Shown: in pieces, positions 1 through 11,300 of the stretch
Position numbering within the stretch: the first letter of the stretch is position 1
How the letters are laid out: every line of letters starts with the position of its first letter
Assembly (NCBI RefSeq): GCF_002105155.1
Contig: NW_019029078.1
Span: 1-40,226, forward strand
From: Lobosporangium transversale
Taxonomy: Eukaryota
DNA: 40,226 nucleotides
Direction of reading: 5' to 3'
Notes under the pieces: model-generated
Database searches by the model: none
The model's input: the letters and a program-made list of their open reading frames with translations, nothing else
What the model was told of the DNA's origin: nothing
Made by a program: the position numbers and the translations under genes

Positions 1-1118
1 CGAGAGGCCTCGAGACGCCGTCGCTGGGCCGGTCTCAAACTTTCAGACGCGGGCATGTCATCAGCTGCCCGCTTGGTGTTATGCTTAGCAGCTGCTGCTA
101 GGCCAGTGTACGCAACCGTCTGAAATGGACGCGAAGTGATCCGGGGATTTGCTGTAGATGTGAGTGTCCCCGTGTTTGCCAAAGGCAATGGCCCGAAGTT
201 GCCTGGAAGAGGCGTCATAGCTGTGGCGGAAGCAGGCCATGGAAAGAACTGACCTCGCTTCTCATGAGATCCGCCATTCTGATATTGCTGTAGCGGCAGC
301 TGTTGTGTTTGTTGCTGGAGCATGCTTTGTTGCTGCTGTGGAGATAAATTGTGGTATTGTTGGTAAAAAGGCTCAATACCACTGGTCGATTGCTGGAGCG
401 TCGCTGGTTGTTGCTGGTTAGGATGAGTGTCATAGTGGGAATGCTCATATTGTATCAAGTGTGGAGCTGATAGAGGAGCAACAAGGGGAGGGGAAGGAAG
501 AGTGAGCGCTGTCGGAGGTAGTGGTGGTGGCAGTGATGATGCTGAAGGCGACGGTGATGACGATAACTGTGTTAGTGGTGGTAGCAGGAAAGGTTGAAGA
601 TGAGAGGAAGGGTGCATAACTGGTAGAAGTTGTTGAGGGTGAAACTGATTATGAAGGAAAGCGGTCTGAAGCCACAGTTGATTTTCTTGAACCTGACGTT
701 CTAAATTTTCCTGGGCACAATCCTGGGGGATTGTCATCAGCATGGTGCTCTCTGGCTCGAAATTATGGCTGCTGTGGTTATCGCCAGGGGTCAATAGATG
801 ATAAGGGTCGATGGCAGAGAGGGATATGGGCCCGAAATCAGCGCAGACTAGAGGCTCGGAGCCTGGTCTGCTTGGTTTGAGTGTATAATCTATTGGTTCA
901 ATAGAGAGTTGTGGTGATGGTGCTATTGGCGGCGTAGGAGAGGCGGCATCTGTTGTAGAGGGTGGTGTCAACGATGACGACGAGGGTAATGATGATGGGT
1001 TCAGGAGAGGGGAGCTGGTTAGCAATGCCGAGCTGCATGTCGTGGACTTGGCTGTGGTACTGGAGCTGCAGTGGTGCTCACGGCCTTCAAGATTCTTATT
1101 CTGGTCGGCTGGCTGCAT
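1..1118 (-). CDS. Second copy (5' part only, continues off the window) of the C2H2 zinc-finger gene at 4543-6063
   Basis: Reverse complement of 4543-5660. The ATG mirrors at 1118 and the frame is open to the window edge. Confidence 0.8.
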   Translation of the reverse strand, partial: MQPADQNKNLEGREHHCSSSTTAKSTTCSSALLTSSPLLNPSSLPSSSSLTPPSTTDAASPTPPIAPSPQLSIEPIDYTLKPSRPGSEPLVCADFGPISLSAIDPYHLLTPGDNHSSHNFEPESTMLMTIPQDCAQENLERQVQENQLWLQTAFLHNQFHPQQLLPVMHPSSHLQPFLLPPLTQLSSSPSPSASSLPPPLPPTALTLPSPPLVAPLSAPHLIQYEHSHYDTHPNQQQPATLQQSTSGIEPFYQQYHNLSPQQQQSMLQQQTQQLPLQQYQNGGSHEKRGQFFPWPASATAMTPLPGNFGPLPLANTGTLTSTANPRITSRPFQTVAYTGLAAAAKHNTKRAADDMPASESLRPAQRRRLEAS

Positions 1119-1944
1119 CGGCAACGAGGCGAGGACACGGAGCAATTCGGGGCAAATGGATATGAGAGCGAGGACGTCCGGGAAGAGAGTGGACGTTCTG
1201 CAGGGTCTGTTAGCTTTGATTGGGCTGAAATTGACAAACATGCACTTTTCATCCAGACAAAACACGCACGCACGTTCACAAACAAACAAAACATTTGTTC
1301 AAACTCACATTTAAATAACTACTTTATAAATGTATGAATTGTTCAGCTCTTTGTCTGTATTGAGAAGCTGCTGTCGCTACGCTCGAGGAAAGCAGCGTTA
1401 CTCGAAGCAGAAGAACGGGGTGGACAGAAGGATGGAGGGAAGTGAATAAAATTAACAAACTAAAAGAGAAAGTGAATAGTGAATGAGCAATGCAGTGGAT
1501 GAGTGCTTTGGTGTCGTTTTTTTTTATCTTACATATATATCTCCCAGTCTTTCCGAGAGATGAAGAGAAGCATGAAGAGGGCAAAAGAGACAAAGATAAT
1601 GAAAAGAGAAAAGGAAAAAAAAAAAAAAAAAAAAAAAGAGACAATTGATTTAAATATGTTGCGCAGTGAGGGAAGGATGCAAAAATGCATTGCATTTGGA
1701 AATAAGTGTAATAGCTCACTCCTGGATCATTTCACGCGTCATGCCCTTTTTAAAAATCTATCTCCTGAAAAACTGTTGTTTCTTCAAGACTGTCGATCAC
1801 ACCTCTGCCGAAAAACTAGTATAAAATAAGAAAAAAATGCAAGCAGACAGAGATACAAAAGATTTTGGCAAATATGCAAACTCAAAATTCATCATTATTA
1901 CTGCTCATAGTCATCCAACGAACTTTTCAGAACAGGGTCTGTAA

Positions 1945-2057
1945 ATTAAAAAAGAATAAAAAAGAATTAAAAAAGAATTAAAAAGAATTAAAAAAAAATT
2001 AAAAAAGAATTAAAAAGAATTAAAAAAGAATTAAAAAGAATTAAAAAAATTAAAAAA
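1945..2057. repeat. (AAAAAAGAATT)n ~11-bp tandem repeat; mirrored at ~3605-3717
   Basis: About 10 slightly variable units are directly visible near the inner end of each inverted arm. Confidence 0.9.
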
Positions 2058-2479
2058 GCGTCTACCGGTCATGCCGCTATTTTGGCAACCTTATTTTTCT
2101 CAAATAGATTAATTTTTTTTTTCTTTTTTGTTATAGTTGATTTATTACGTCAACGTGTGTGTATTAATTCAACACCTCCACCAGAGGTCTACCGCTAATC
2201 GAATAAAGCAAAAACGAATACTTTTTTACAAAGTACAACAAAAATAAGTTAACCGAGAAAAATATAAACCACAGGCATGGTTGTCAAATAGATTAATCCC
2301 TTAATTTAATTTATTTTGCCTATGTGACATGGTCCTTATTTTGAAACTTTAAATCACCATGCAAAAAAAGTCGATTTAAAAAGTAAACGAGTACTGGTCA
2401 AGTCAAAATCCCTCATCTGGAAGGTATTCTACGCCGCTTTTTAGAGCTCTTTGGTGGCCAAGACGCGGCAATCAAAGCC

Positions 2480-3545
2480 ATTCGCAATAATGTGGAGGAT
2501 CAATAGCAAGTGGTCTTCGGCCCTGATGCTAACCTCGAGGAGGTCATCTCCTGTGCCCAAGACTCGCAACCCATGGCATGATTCAAGCCCAATAGTGACA
2601 TTGAGAAAGGAGTTTCGAAGGCAGAAGTCGCAAATGCGGCCAATGCTGAGACCGCAAGCAATATAAAGGTACCAGAATACTATTTGTACCCTGATATACC
2701 TTACCACGACACCCGGGACAAGCGTGGTAGGAGACGGATATTTTGTTCAGCCAAAGAGCGCGGACGGTACTGTCTTCGGCTGCTACTTATGCATACCAAA
2801 GGAGTAAAGAGTTTGCTAAGCTCCGCATAGTGACTGAAGTCAATCAGACCTTTGATACATTCCACTCAGCTGCTCTTGCTCACGGCTTGCTCGAGATGAT
2901 GAATAATCGAGTCGCTGCTTAGAAAAAGCATCCACATGTCAGTCACTGAGGATGCTGCGGCACCTGTTTGCTATTATGGTGATCAACTGCAGCCCCTCTG
3001 ATCCACTGGTTTTGTAAGCTCACTTTGCAAGTAATCTGTCAGAAGATTTCTTTCATACATGCAGAGGGCTCCAGGGAGAGGCAACTGCTACTGCGGAGCG
3101 TATCGCAGAGGAACAAGCTAATAGCTTGGTACTTTACGACCTAAATGAAGTGTTGAAGGAGCTTGGACCCTGCCTGGCCAGCTTTCCAGAGATACCTCAA
3201 GGAATTGGAGATACCCTACAGAAGGAAGATCGGGTTGATGACACGCAGAGGCAATGGGGATTTGAACAAGGGGCGCTGAATAACGTGGTGCCTTCAAGCC
3301 CCTGAAGCAGCAGTCACGGCTCCATTACTCTGTGGAATACCTGAACAAGTTCAATCCACCAGGCTTGCCTCCGTTCAAACTGAAGTTGAAAGTCGATCAA
3401 TCTGTCATCCTTCTTTGCAACTTGAGCCCAAGGCGTGGACTATGTAATAGCATCCGCATGATTGTGCGTGCGTTAGGCACAAGAATGATCCAGACTGAGA
3501 TTATCAATGGGAAGTATCAAGGAGAGCGTGTTTTCCTCCTTACCT
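2480..3545 (+). pseudogene. Helitron Rep/helicase remnant (internally deleted, with stops and frameshifts)
   Basis: Manual translation gives YFVQPKERGRYCLRLLL..., TFHSAALAHGLL, LRHLFAIMVINC.P and LSEDF (Helitron Rep-helicase linker), then EYLNKFNPPGLPPFKLKLKV..VILLCNL...GLCN..R (PIF1 helicase domain 2B). Confidence 0.88.
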
Positions 3546-3561
3546 TGCTTGTGTCCGGTAA

Positions 3562-5660
3562 AGAAAAATAAGGTTGCCAAAATAGCGGCATGACCGGTAG
3601 ACGCTTTTTTAATTTTTTTAATTCTTTTTAATTCTTTTTTAATTCTTTTTAATTCTTTTTTAATTTTTTTTTAATTCTTTTTAATTCTTTTTTAATTCTT
3701 TTTTATTCTTTTTTAATTTACAGACCCTGTTCTGAAAAGTTCGTTGGATGACTATGAGCAGTAATAATGATGAATTTTGAGTTTGCATATTTGCCAAAAT
3801 CTTTTGTATCTCTGTCTGCTTGCATTTTTTTCTTATTTTATACTAGTTTTTCGGCAGAGGTGTGATCGACAGTCTTGAAGAAACAACAGTTTTTCAGGAG
3901 ATAGATTTTTAAAAAGGGCATGACGCGTGAAATGATCCAGGAGTGAGCTATTACACTTATTTCCAAATGCAATGCATTTTTGCATCCTTCCCTCACTGCG
4001 CAACATATTTAAATCAATTGTCTCTTTTTTTTTTTTTTTTTTTTTTCCTTTTCTCTTTTCATTATCTTTGTCTCTTTTGCCCTCTTCATGCTTCTCTTCA
4101 TCTCTCGGAAAGACTGGGAGATATATATGTAAGATAAAAAAAAACGACACCAAAGCACTCATCCACTGCATTGCTCATTCACTATTCACTTTCTCTTTTA
4201 GTTTGTTAATTTTATTCACTTCCCTCCATCCTTCTGTCCACCCCGTTCTTCTGCTTCGAGTAACGCTGCTTTCCTCGAGCGTAGCGACAGCAGCTTCTCA
4301 ATACAGACAAAGAGCTGAACAATTCATACATTTATAAAGTAGTTATTTAAATGTGAGTTTGAACAAATGTTTTGTTTGTTTGTGAACGTGCGTGCGTGTT
4401 TTGTCTGGATGAAAAGTGCATGTTTGTCAATTTCAGCCCAATCAAAGCTAACAGACCCTGCAGAACGTCCACTCTCTTCCCGGACGTCCTCGCTCTCATA
4501 TCCATTTGCCCCGAATTGCTCCGTGTCCTCGCCTCGTTGCCGATGCAGCCAGCCGACCAGAATAAGAATCTTGAAGGCCGTGAGCACCACTGCAGCTCCA
4601 GTACCACAGCCAAGTCCACGACATGCAGCTCGGCATTGCTAACCAGCTCCCCTCTCCTGAACCCATCATCATTACCCTCGTCGTCATCGTTGACACCACC
4701 CTCTACAACAGATGCCGCCTCTCCTACGCCGCCAATAGCACCATCACCACAACTCTCTATTGAACCAATAGATTATACACTCAAACCAAGCAGACCAGGC
4801 TCCGAGCCTCTAGTCTGCGCTGATTTCGGGCCCATATCCCTCTCTGCCATCGACCCTTATCATCTATTGACCCCTGGCGATAACCACAGCAGCCATAATT
4901 TCGAGCCAGAGAGCACCATGCTGATGACAATCCCCCAGGATTGTGCCCAGGAAAATTTAGAACGTCAGGTTCAAGAAAATCAACTGTGGCTTCAGACCGC
5001 TTTCCTTCATAATCAGTTTCACCCTCAACAACTTCTACCAGTTATGCACCCTTCCTCTCATCTTCAACCTTTCCTGCTACCACCACTAACACAGTTATCG
5101 TCATCACCGTCGCCTTCAGCATCATCACTGCCACCACCACTACCTCCGACAGCGCTCACTCTTCCTTCCCCTCCCCTTGTTGCTCCTCTATCAGCTCCAC
5201 ACTTGATACAATATGAGCATTCCCACTATGACACTCATCCTAACCAGCAACAACCAGCGACGCTCCAGCAATCGACCAGTGGTATTGAGCCTTTTTACCA
5301 ACAATACCACAATTTATCTCCACAGCAGCAACAAAGCATGCTCCAGCAACAAACACAACAGCTGCCGCTACAGCAATATCAGAATGGCGGATCTCATGAG
5401 AAGCGAGGTCAGTTCTTTCCATGGCCTGCTTCCGCCACAGCTATGACGCCTCTTCCAGGCAACTTCGGGCCATTGCCTTTGGCAAACACGGGGACACTCA
5501 CATCTACAGCAAATCCCCGGATCACTTCGCGTCCATTTCAGACGGTTGCGTACACTGGCCTAGCAGCAGCTGCTAAGCATAACACCAAGCGGGCAGCTGA
5601 TGACATGCCCGCGTCTGAAAGTTTGAGACCGGCCCAGCGACGGCGTCTCGAGGCCTCTCG
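3562..5660 (+). repeat. Right arm of the inverted duplication
   Basis: Starts AGAAAAATAAGGTTGCCAAAAT, the reverse complement of the left-arm end at 2100. Confidence 0.97.
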
Positions 5661-6063
5661 AGGCCTAAGCATCTCCTCCGAGGCCACGGTGGTAGCGCTA
5701 CCAACAGTAGCAATGAGAGCGGCATCACAACCAACGACTGAGTCCAGTCCGCGGTCCACACAGCCTTCGATGCCCCGCTCCCCCACAGCTACCCATAGCT
5801 CCAAAGTGCTCTCGGCCATGCCACCGCAGGGCCCTAGGACAACTACTGGCACCGAAAGCGTTCGATCCACAAAGTGTCCACATTGCGACAAGGAGTTTCA
5901 GTCCAAAGGGCTCCTGCGTTCGCATATGGTAAGCCATTCGGCGGAGAGGCCGTTTGTCTGTTGGGACTGTGCAGGCAAGAGTTACAAGAGGAACCATGAC
6001 CTGCTTAGGCATCGGAGAGAGAAGCATAACGTGGATAGAGTCTCCGCTATCCACAGTATATAG
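4543..6063 (+). CDS. C2H2 zinc-finger transcription factor, ~506 aa; long S/P/Q-rich region followed by two C-terminal fingers
   Basis: CPHCDKEFQSKGLLRSHMVSH, linker SAERPF, then CWDCAGKSYKRNHDLLRHRREKH. ATG 4543 (MQPADQ) is the preferred start within ORF 4372..6063; a TATAAA lies at ~4334. The start is inferred. Confidence 0.85.
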   Translation: MQPADQNKNLEGREHHCSSSTTAKSTTCSSALLTSSPLLNPSSLPSSSSLTPPSTTDAASPTPPIAPSPQLSIEPIDYTLKPSRPGSEPLVCADFGPISLSAIDPYHLLTPGDNHSSHNFEPESTMLMTIPQDCAQENLERQVQENQLWLQTAFLHNQFHPQQLLPVMHPSSHLQPFLLPPLTQLSSSPSPSASSLPPPLPPTALTLPSPPLVAPLSAPHLIQYEHSHYDTHPNQQQPATLQQSTSGIEPFYQQYHNLSPQQQQSMLQQQTQQLPLQQYQNGGSHEKRGQFFPWPASATAMTPLPGNFGPLPLANTGTLTSTANPRITSRPFQTVAYTGLAAAAKHNTKRAADDMPASESLRPAQRRRLEASRGLSISSEATVVALPTVAMRAASQPTTESSPRSTQPSMPRSPTATHSSKVLSAMPPQGPRTTTGTESVRSTKCPHCDKEFQSKGLLRSHMVSHSAERPFVCWDCAGKSYKRNHDLLRHRREKHNVDRVSAIHSI

Positions 6064-6164
6064 CCTTAAGCCTATAAAAGGCTTGTAATAGTAATTTAAT
6101 AAAGATCCTCTTCTTATATACCAAAATGATACGCAGAGTGAAAGAAAAGAAGAAACACCTCATT

Positions 6165-7520
6165 AACTAATGAAAGGAGAAAATAAAGGGCAGCTCTCTC
6201 TCCATTGCAAATCTCGACACCAAAAAAATATGTTTACTCATGAAAATTTGGCCTCTACTTCTGCTACTCATTACGTATTATGCAAGTTCTGACGCTGTTG
6301 ATGTGCTCTTTGGGTACGGTACACCGCACACACTATTAAAGGTCATGTCTACAATGTGTATATATTGTGGGCCTGAACTCTTAGCATACTAATTTACTAC
6401 TTTAAATCTTTTTCTATCAGATTCTTTACTTTCATAGACTTTACCTTTACTTTCACTTTTCATTGAGAGAAAAAAATAAAAATAAAAAAGATATATTCCA
6501 CACGCTCATCTGTCAGACATTCACCGCCTGCCAAGTACTCTCGCACATCAAGTGTGCAACGGGTCATCAAAGTACGACGAACCCGGCGAGCCGTGAGGTC
6601 TGAAGAGAAGTTGCAAGAAGAACGGGCGGAGGAGGAAACTGAAAAGGAGGAGGAATATAACTGGGCTTATAGCCCTATCGACTCTACCCTACTTGGGCGG
6701 AAGAGAGGAAAAAGGGGGGGAAGAAAGGCTTAAAAATGCAACCAAACTTGAATGTAGTGCTTGCTTGACCCAGGTTGCGCTTCTCAGCAAGAGTGTATTT
6801 GTCCTATTCCAAGGACAGCCAAGCTCAGGTCCTTGATTGAACGGCACTCACTGCACCAAGTTCCCCCTCTCATCGACTGAAATCGTGGTTTCGATGCCTG
6901 GCGACAGTAATAAGGTGTCCCAGTGAAACATCATAACAGAAAGTAGAGTCGGTGGTTTGAAAGAAATCAGTGAGGCCCATACGGCTTACGACAACCTCCA
7001 TTATGTCCTCTTGCATCCAGAAGGCGAGGAGGGCTGGACATCTAAAAAGTATAGAAAACAGCCTAGGCCCGGTCAAACCTCTACAAGGCCTCATGGTGAC
7101 AGCGGAGACGAAGGTAGCAATGACGGCCAGCAGGAGGTGGATGTGAGTGGGGGCGATGGTCAATCTATGAAAAGTCTAAAATACGTCAACCCGAGAGAGT
7201 TTTACACGTACAGGTTGCAGATTCGTCCTATGAGTTCAACAGACCAGCGATCTCTCATCTGAATGAATACGTGCTTGATTCACCAGTACACTGCCGACCA
7301 ATATGGAGCTATACAAGCGGAATATGATCTACAAGGCTTTTCAGACAGTCATCGCTCTCATTCACTGCCGCGTCTTTCTGATATTCTTCCTTATGTTTAT
7401 AATGTATCTACTTTGTTGTGTAGTTCACAACTATATATTACTCTACCTGGTTTTACTTTATTGATATATTTTGATGCAGTGTCGATTTTGTCAAAAAGCG
7501 ACAGGGGTCAATAAAAAATT
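6165..7520 (+). mobile_element. Decayed Helitron: 5' segment, Rep N-terminal fragment and 3'-UTR-like segment
   Basis: ~6165-6860 is colinear and similar to ~27630-28255. ORF 6957..7262 gives EISEAHTAYDNLHYVLLHPEGEEGW...REFYTYRLQIR, followed by LIHQYTADQY (Helitron Rep-associated motifs). ~7380-7520 resembles ~30630-30765. Confidence 0.8.
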
Positions 7521-8360
7521 TATGCAAAGGCACAGCTTCTTTCACTTGGTCACGGTATCTTATGATTTTGAATTGATTGAATAGACTTCGACGAACATTG
7601 TCCATTCATTGAATTGAGTCGGTTGTATTTCGCAAGCAAACTCATTGGCTGTCAATATATTCGAGGCTATTCAAAAAATATAAAGTATCGTGACCAAATG
7701 AAACGGGCTATATAATGTGTATTAGTTGAAAAAAAGTTGTCAGCATTACAACGATATTAAAGTCGCGAAAGTTGCCAAACACTGTAACAATAATAATTTA
7801 ATATTCTTTTGCTCATTCAAAGGACCCAATAGGACTACATAGCGTCCCGACAGGATATCCGTAGTATTCCTGTATGATTTCTCTATATAACTAACGTGCT
7901 TGGAGTGATAGGCGCACGTTGGCGATCCAACATTTTTATACATGATGTCGACATAGTTGTTATTGCCAAGATAACAAGCGCCATCATTTGTATCCTTATA
8001 AAATAGAGGCAAAATGGCTCTCATTTGAAAGCATATGGAAACCAATCCTCGATCCCAGCTTGAAATCCCATAAAGTCAGGTGTGATTCAGAACTGTATGA
8101 AAATGTTCTCATCAGTGTGAGAGTCGATGTCAGTGCGAATAGCCTGGAGCCTACCTCGCATAGAAAATAAAACATTGATCCTATACTTGCGTAGTTACTA
8201 AATATGTTCTTCAATGAATACGCAATATCCCTCAAGACATTATTGTTTGTTCAAGAAAGCAGTGTATACTTCACTCTCTTTTTTTTTCGATAGTTAATCA
8301 GCAAGTATCTTTTCCCACTTTATTCTTTATCCTAAATGGCTTCCTACTTCTTGTTTCCCT

Positions 8361-11300
8361 TCACTTTCGAGGTTTGCATGAAATGACATGTGCAAAACTA
8401 CATTCGCTGCACACACTGTATTTGAACCGGTAATCTCTGATCGATTGGCTTGTTTCAATCAACTCTGTCAATGGTACTCCTTCGCTCAGACATTCTGCCT
8501 CTAAATCTGCCTTTGTTGGTGGTTCTCGATAATGGTTCACTTGACTGGACGATGCACTCTTGGCCTTGGATGCTGTCGATGGCATTCCTACACTCTTGGT
8601 CGCCTCATGTGCAGCCAAAGGGTAGGATTGCTTGTCTATAGCTCCACGTTGCACCAAAAGCTTCCTGTTGACTTCACTCAACCCATCTACATCTTGGATA
8701 CGAGCGTTATTTGCATTAAGGACCGTTTGCTTGGTGCTCCACTTTAGGTGATATTGATATTCTTCATCCCTCTTCACAATCTGCCACATCCGAATAGAAC
8801 CATTCTCGGAGCCTGTAACCAGATAGTGGCCCTCTTTGGAGGCATTCCATACAAGCGTATTAGCATAACCGCCTTCAAATAGGATTACAACCAAACACTG
8901 GCCTGATTTTGGATCCCACACTCGTACTGTCATGTCCCAGCTGCCTGAGGCAATATACCTTCCATCGGGCGAATAAGCCACCGCAGCGACCAACCTGGTA
9001 TGTCCTTCAAACACACATAATACTGACCCTGTTTCCATATCTACCACACTAACCAGCCCTGCAAAATCTCCAACAACCATCTGCTGACGACATGGTGAAG
9101 ATGCTACACATTTTGGAATATTGCCAACCTGTGTTTCGTAACAGAACTCGCCCGTTTCTGCAGACCGTACCTGCAAGCTCTTGTGTTCACGGTGGCGCTT
9201 GAACACCATCTTTTGACTGTCATGCATGTAGACAATATCAGAAACATTACTTCCTACAACACTCACATCGTACTGGAGATCGCCTGCTTGAGCTCTCCAG
9301 ACTTTGATATTACCGCTTTCAGCATAAGAAGCAATCTGGTGGCCATTGGGCGAGAATACCACACGCTTCATCTCTACTTTGTGGCCATATAGTGTGCGGA
9401 CGAGCTCTCCTGTTTGTGTGCTCCATATAGTTATATTCCCAGATTTATGGCCACAGGCAACTGGGTGGCCAATGGGTGAGAAATCAAAGACGTAGATGTC
9501 ATCAGCACCTTCACCATGTAACTTTAAAGTGTGAACAACTTGACCTGTCCGAACATCCCAAAGGTAGACGCATGGAGCTTTGTGGCAAGTAGCAAGCAAC
9601 CGGCCATCAGGTGAGTACTTGATATCTTTTATATATTCATCGAGGCATTGTAAAATGTGGATGGACTGCCCTGTTCTTGCATCCCATATATGCATTGTTT
9701 TACCACCGCCCGTTGAAGCTATTTGCTGTCCATCCGGCGAGCTCTTGATGTTACGTATCCCCGCTGGGTGGTTATGTAAGGCATGGCTGAATTGTTGTGG
9801 TCGGGTATCCCAAAGACGTATCGTTTTGTCTCTACTGAAGGACGCAATCTGGTGCTTGTTTGGTGAATATGCCAAGCAGTTTATCCTCCCAGAGTGACCG
9901 TAGAAGGTATTCATGAGTTGTCCTGATCTCGCGTCCCAAAGCCATATTGCGCTCTTCCCGTCGCAAACGGCTATCGCTTCTCCGTTTGGTGAATACTTTA
10001 AATCAGTGATAAAATAATATATTTCTCCAAAAGTTGGAATAGCTTTGCCTGTTTGCATGCCCCACTGGTATATCTTTTCATCGGTGAACGAGGCAGCGAA
10101 CTTCCCACTAGGTGAATACCGTACGCCTTTGACATATTGATCATGTTCCAAATTAAACTTCTTTTGACCAGATCCAACATTCCACACATGCAGCCAACGA
10201 TCTTCGTAACAACGAGTTATGACTTCTTGTCCATTAGGTGAATACTCAATTTCCTCAATCCTAGAGCCATGGTCCATGAACACTATCGACTGTTGCCCTG
10301 ATGCCGCATCCCACAGCCGCAATATCTTGTCTTCACCGCCAGTTGCAACCTGCTTTCCATCAGGTGAATATGCCACACTCCTCACAGCACCAGTATGGCC
10401 TTCTAACATATATTTGAGAATGCCCGTTTGGGTGTCCCACACTCGCACTGAGCCATCATCACAGGCTGAGGCAAGATCGTTTCCATTTGGCGAGTACGCT
10501 ACACAATGAATAGACTTTGTATGGCCCACCAATCTATGAACCAATGCTCCTGAGCCTGCATCCCAAATTAAAACTGCAGTTCGACTATTGCCCCAAGAGG
10601 CAATACGCCTGCTGTCTGGTGAGTATAAAAGTCTATGGCCAGTTACATCGCCCTCCAAAACGGAAAGCTTCTCCCACCTTGATGTGTCATACACGATGAT
10701 TGAATAGTTATGTCGTTCGCCTTCGGTAACTGCAGCGAGCGCCTTGCCATCAGGTGAATATGCCCCATCAATCACCCAATTACCTGCTTCGATAAGAGGC
10801 CATTCTCCAAACTGAACACCTGCCATCTTTGCCCCGTTCAGGTTTGCTTCACGAAGCCAACATTTCCGTAAGTTGACCTTCCTCAAATCTGCTCCTTGCA
10901 GCTGAGCATACTCAAAAATACCATGGCTGACATCGGCTCCTGGAATCTGAATGCCTCGCAGGTCTGCTCCAATGAATGACTCGCCTGCTCGGACCAAGAT
11001 CGTCATCGCATTCGCTGCTGCTATCCGCCACTTGCTATCTCTCTTTGAAAGCTCTACATATCCATACAACTGCTGTTTGAACACTGACTCAAGATGGACA
11101 CGATCCTCCAGGAACTGAAGGATAGATGGCTCATCTACAAAACTCCTCCATACTAGAGGCGATGTCTCATCAGCTTGGACCACATCCACTTCTTGCTCGC
11201 TCTCCTTGATGTCTATACCTTCAAAACTGAATACTGAACTAACACTCTGTCGACGAGAGAGCGATGTGGTTGCATTTACTTCTTTATCACTTGTAGAAAT

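Larger units (their letters stand above)
1..2100 (-). repeat. Left arm of a large inverted duplication (mirror of 3562-5660); runs off the window start
   Basis: Base 1 onward is the reverse complement of 5660 backward. Mirrored ORFs have identical translations (215..448/5213..5446, 962..1165/4496..4699, 1019..1294/4367..4642). Coordinate sums shift from 5661 to 5662 across a poly-A/T tract (1-nt indel). Identity stops at ...CAACCTTATTTTTCT (2100). Confidence 0.97.

Noticed and set aside
1324..1829. Lys- or Phe-rich ORFs here and at 3833-4337, 32605-33111, 35664-36141 and 39711-39935
   Set aside because: Products of poly-A/T tracts and low-complexity UTR or intergenic DNA.
7540..7703. ~34-bp imperfect inverted repeat (7540-7573 vs ~7670-7703) as a MITE
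   Set aside because: Several mismatches, no clear TSD, and no second copy in the window.
8760..10780. High-internal-conservation WD40 array as in het-e/het-d
   Set aside because: The repeats are clearly divergent from each other at protein level.
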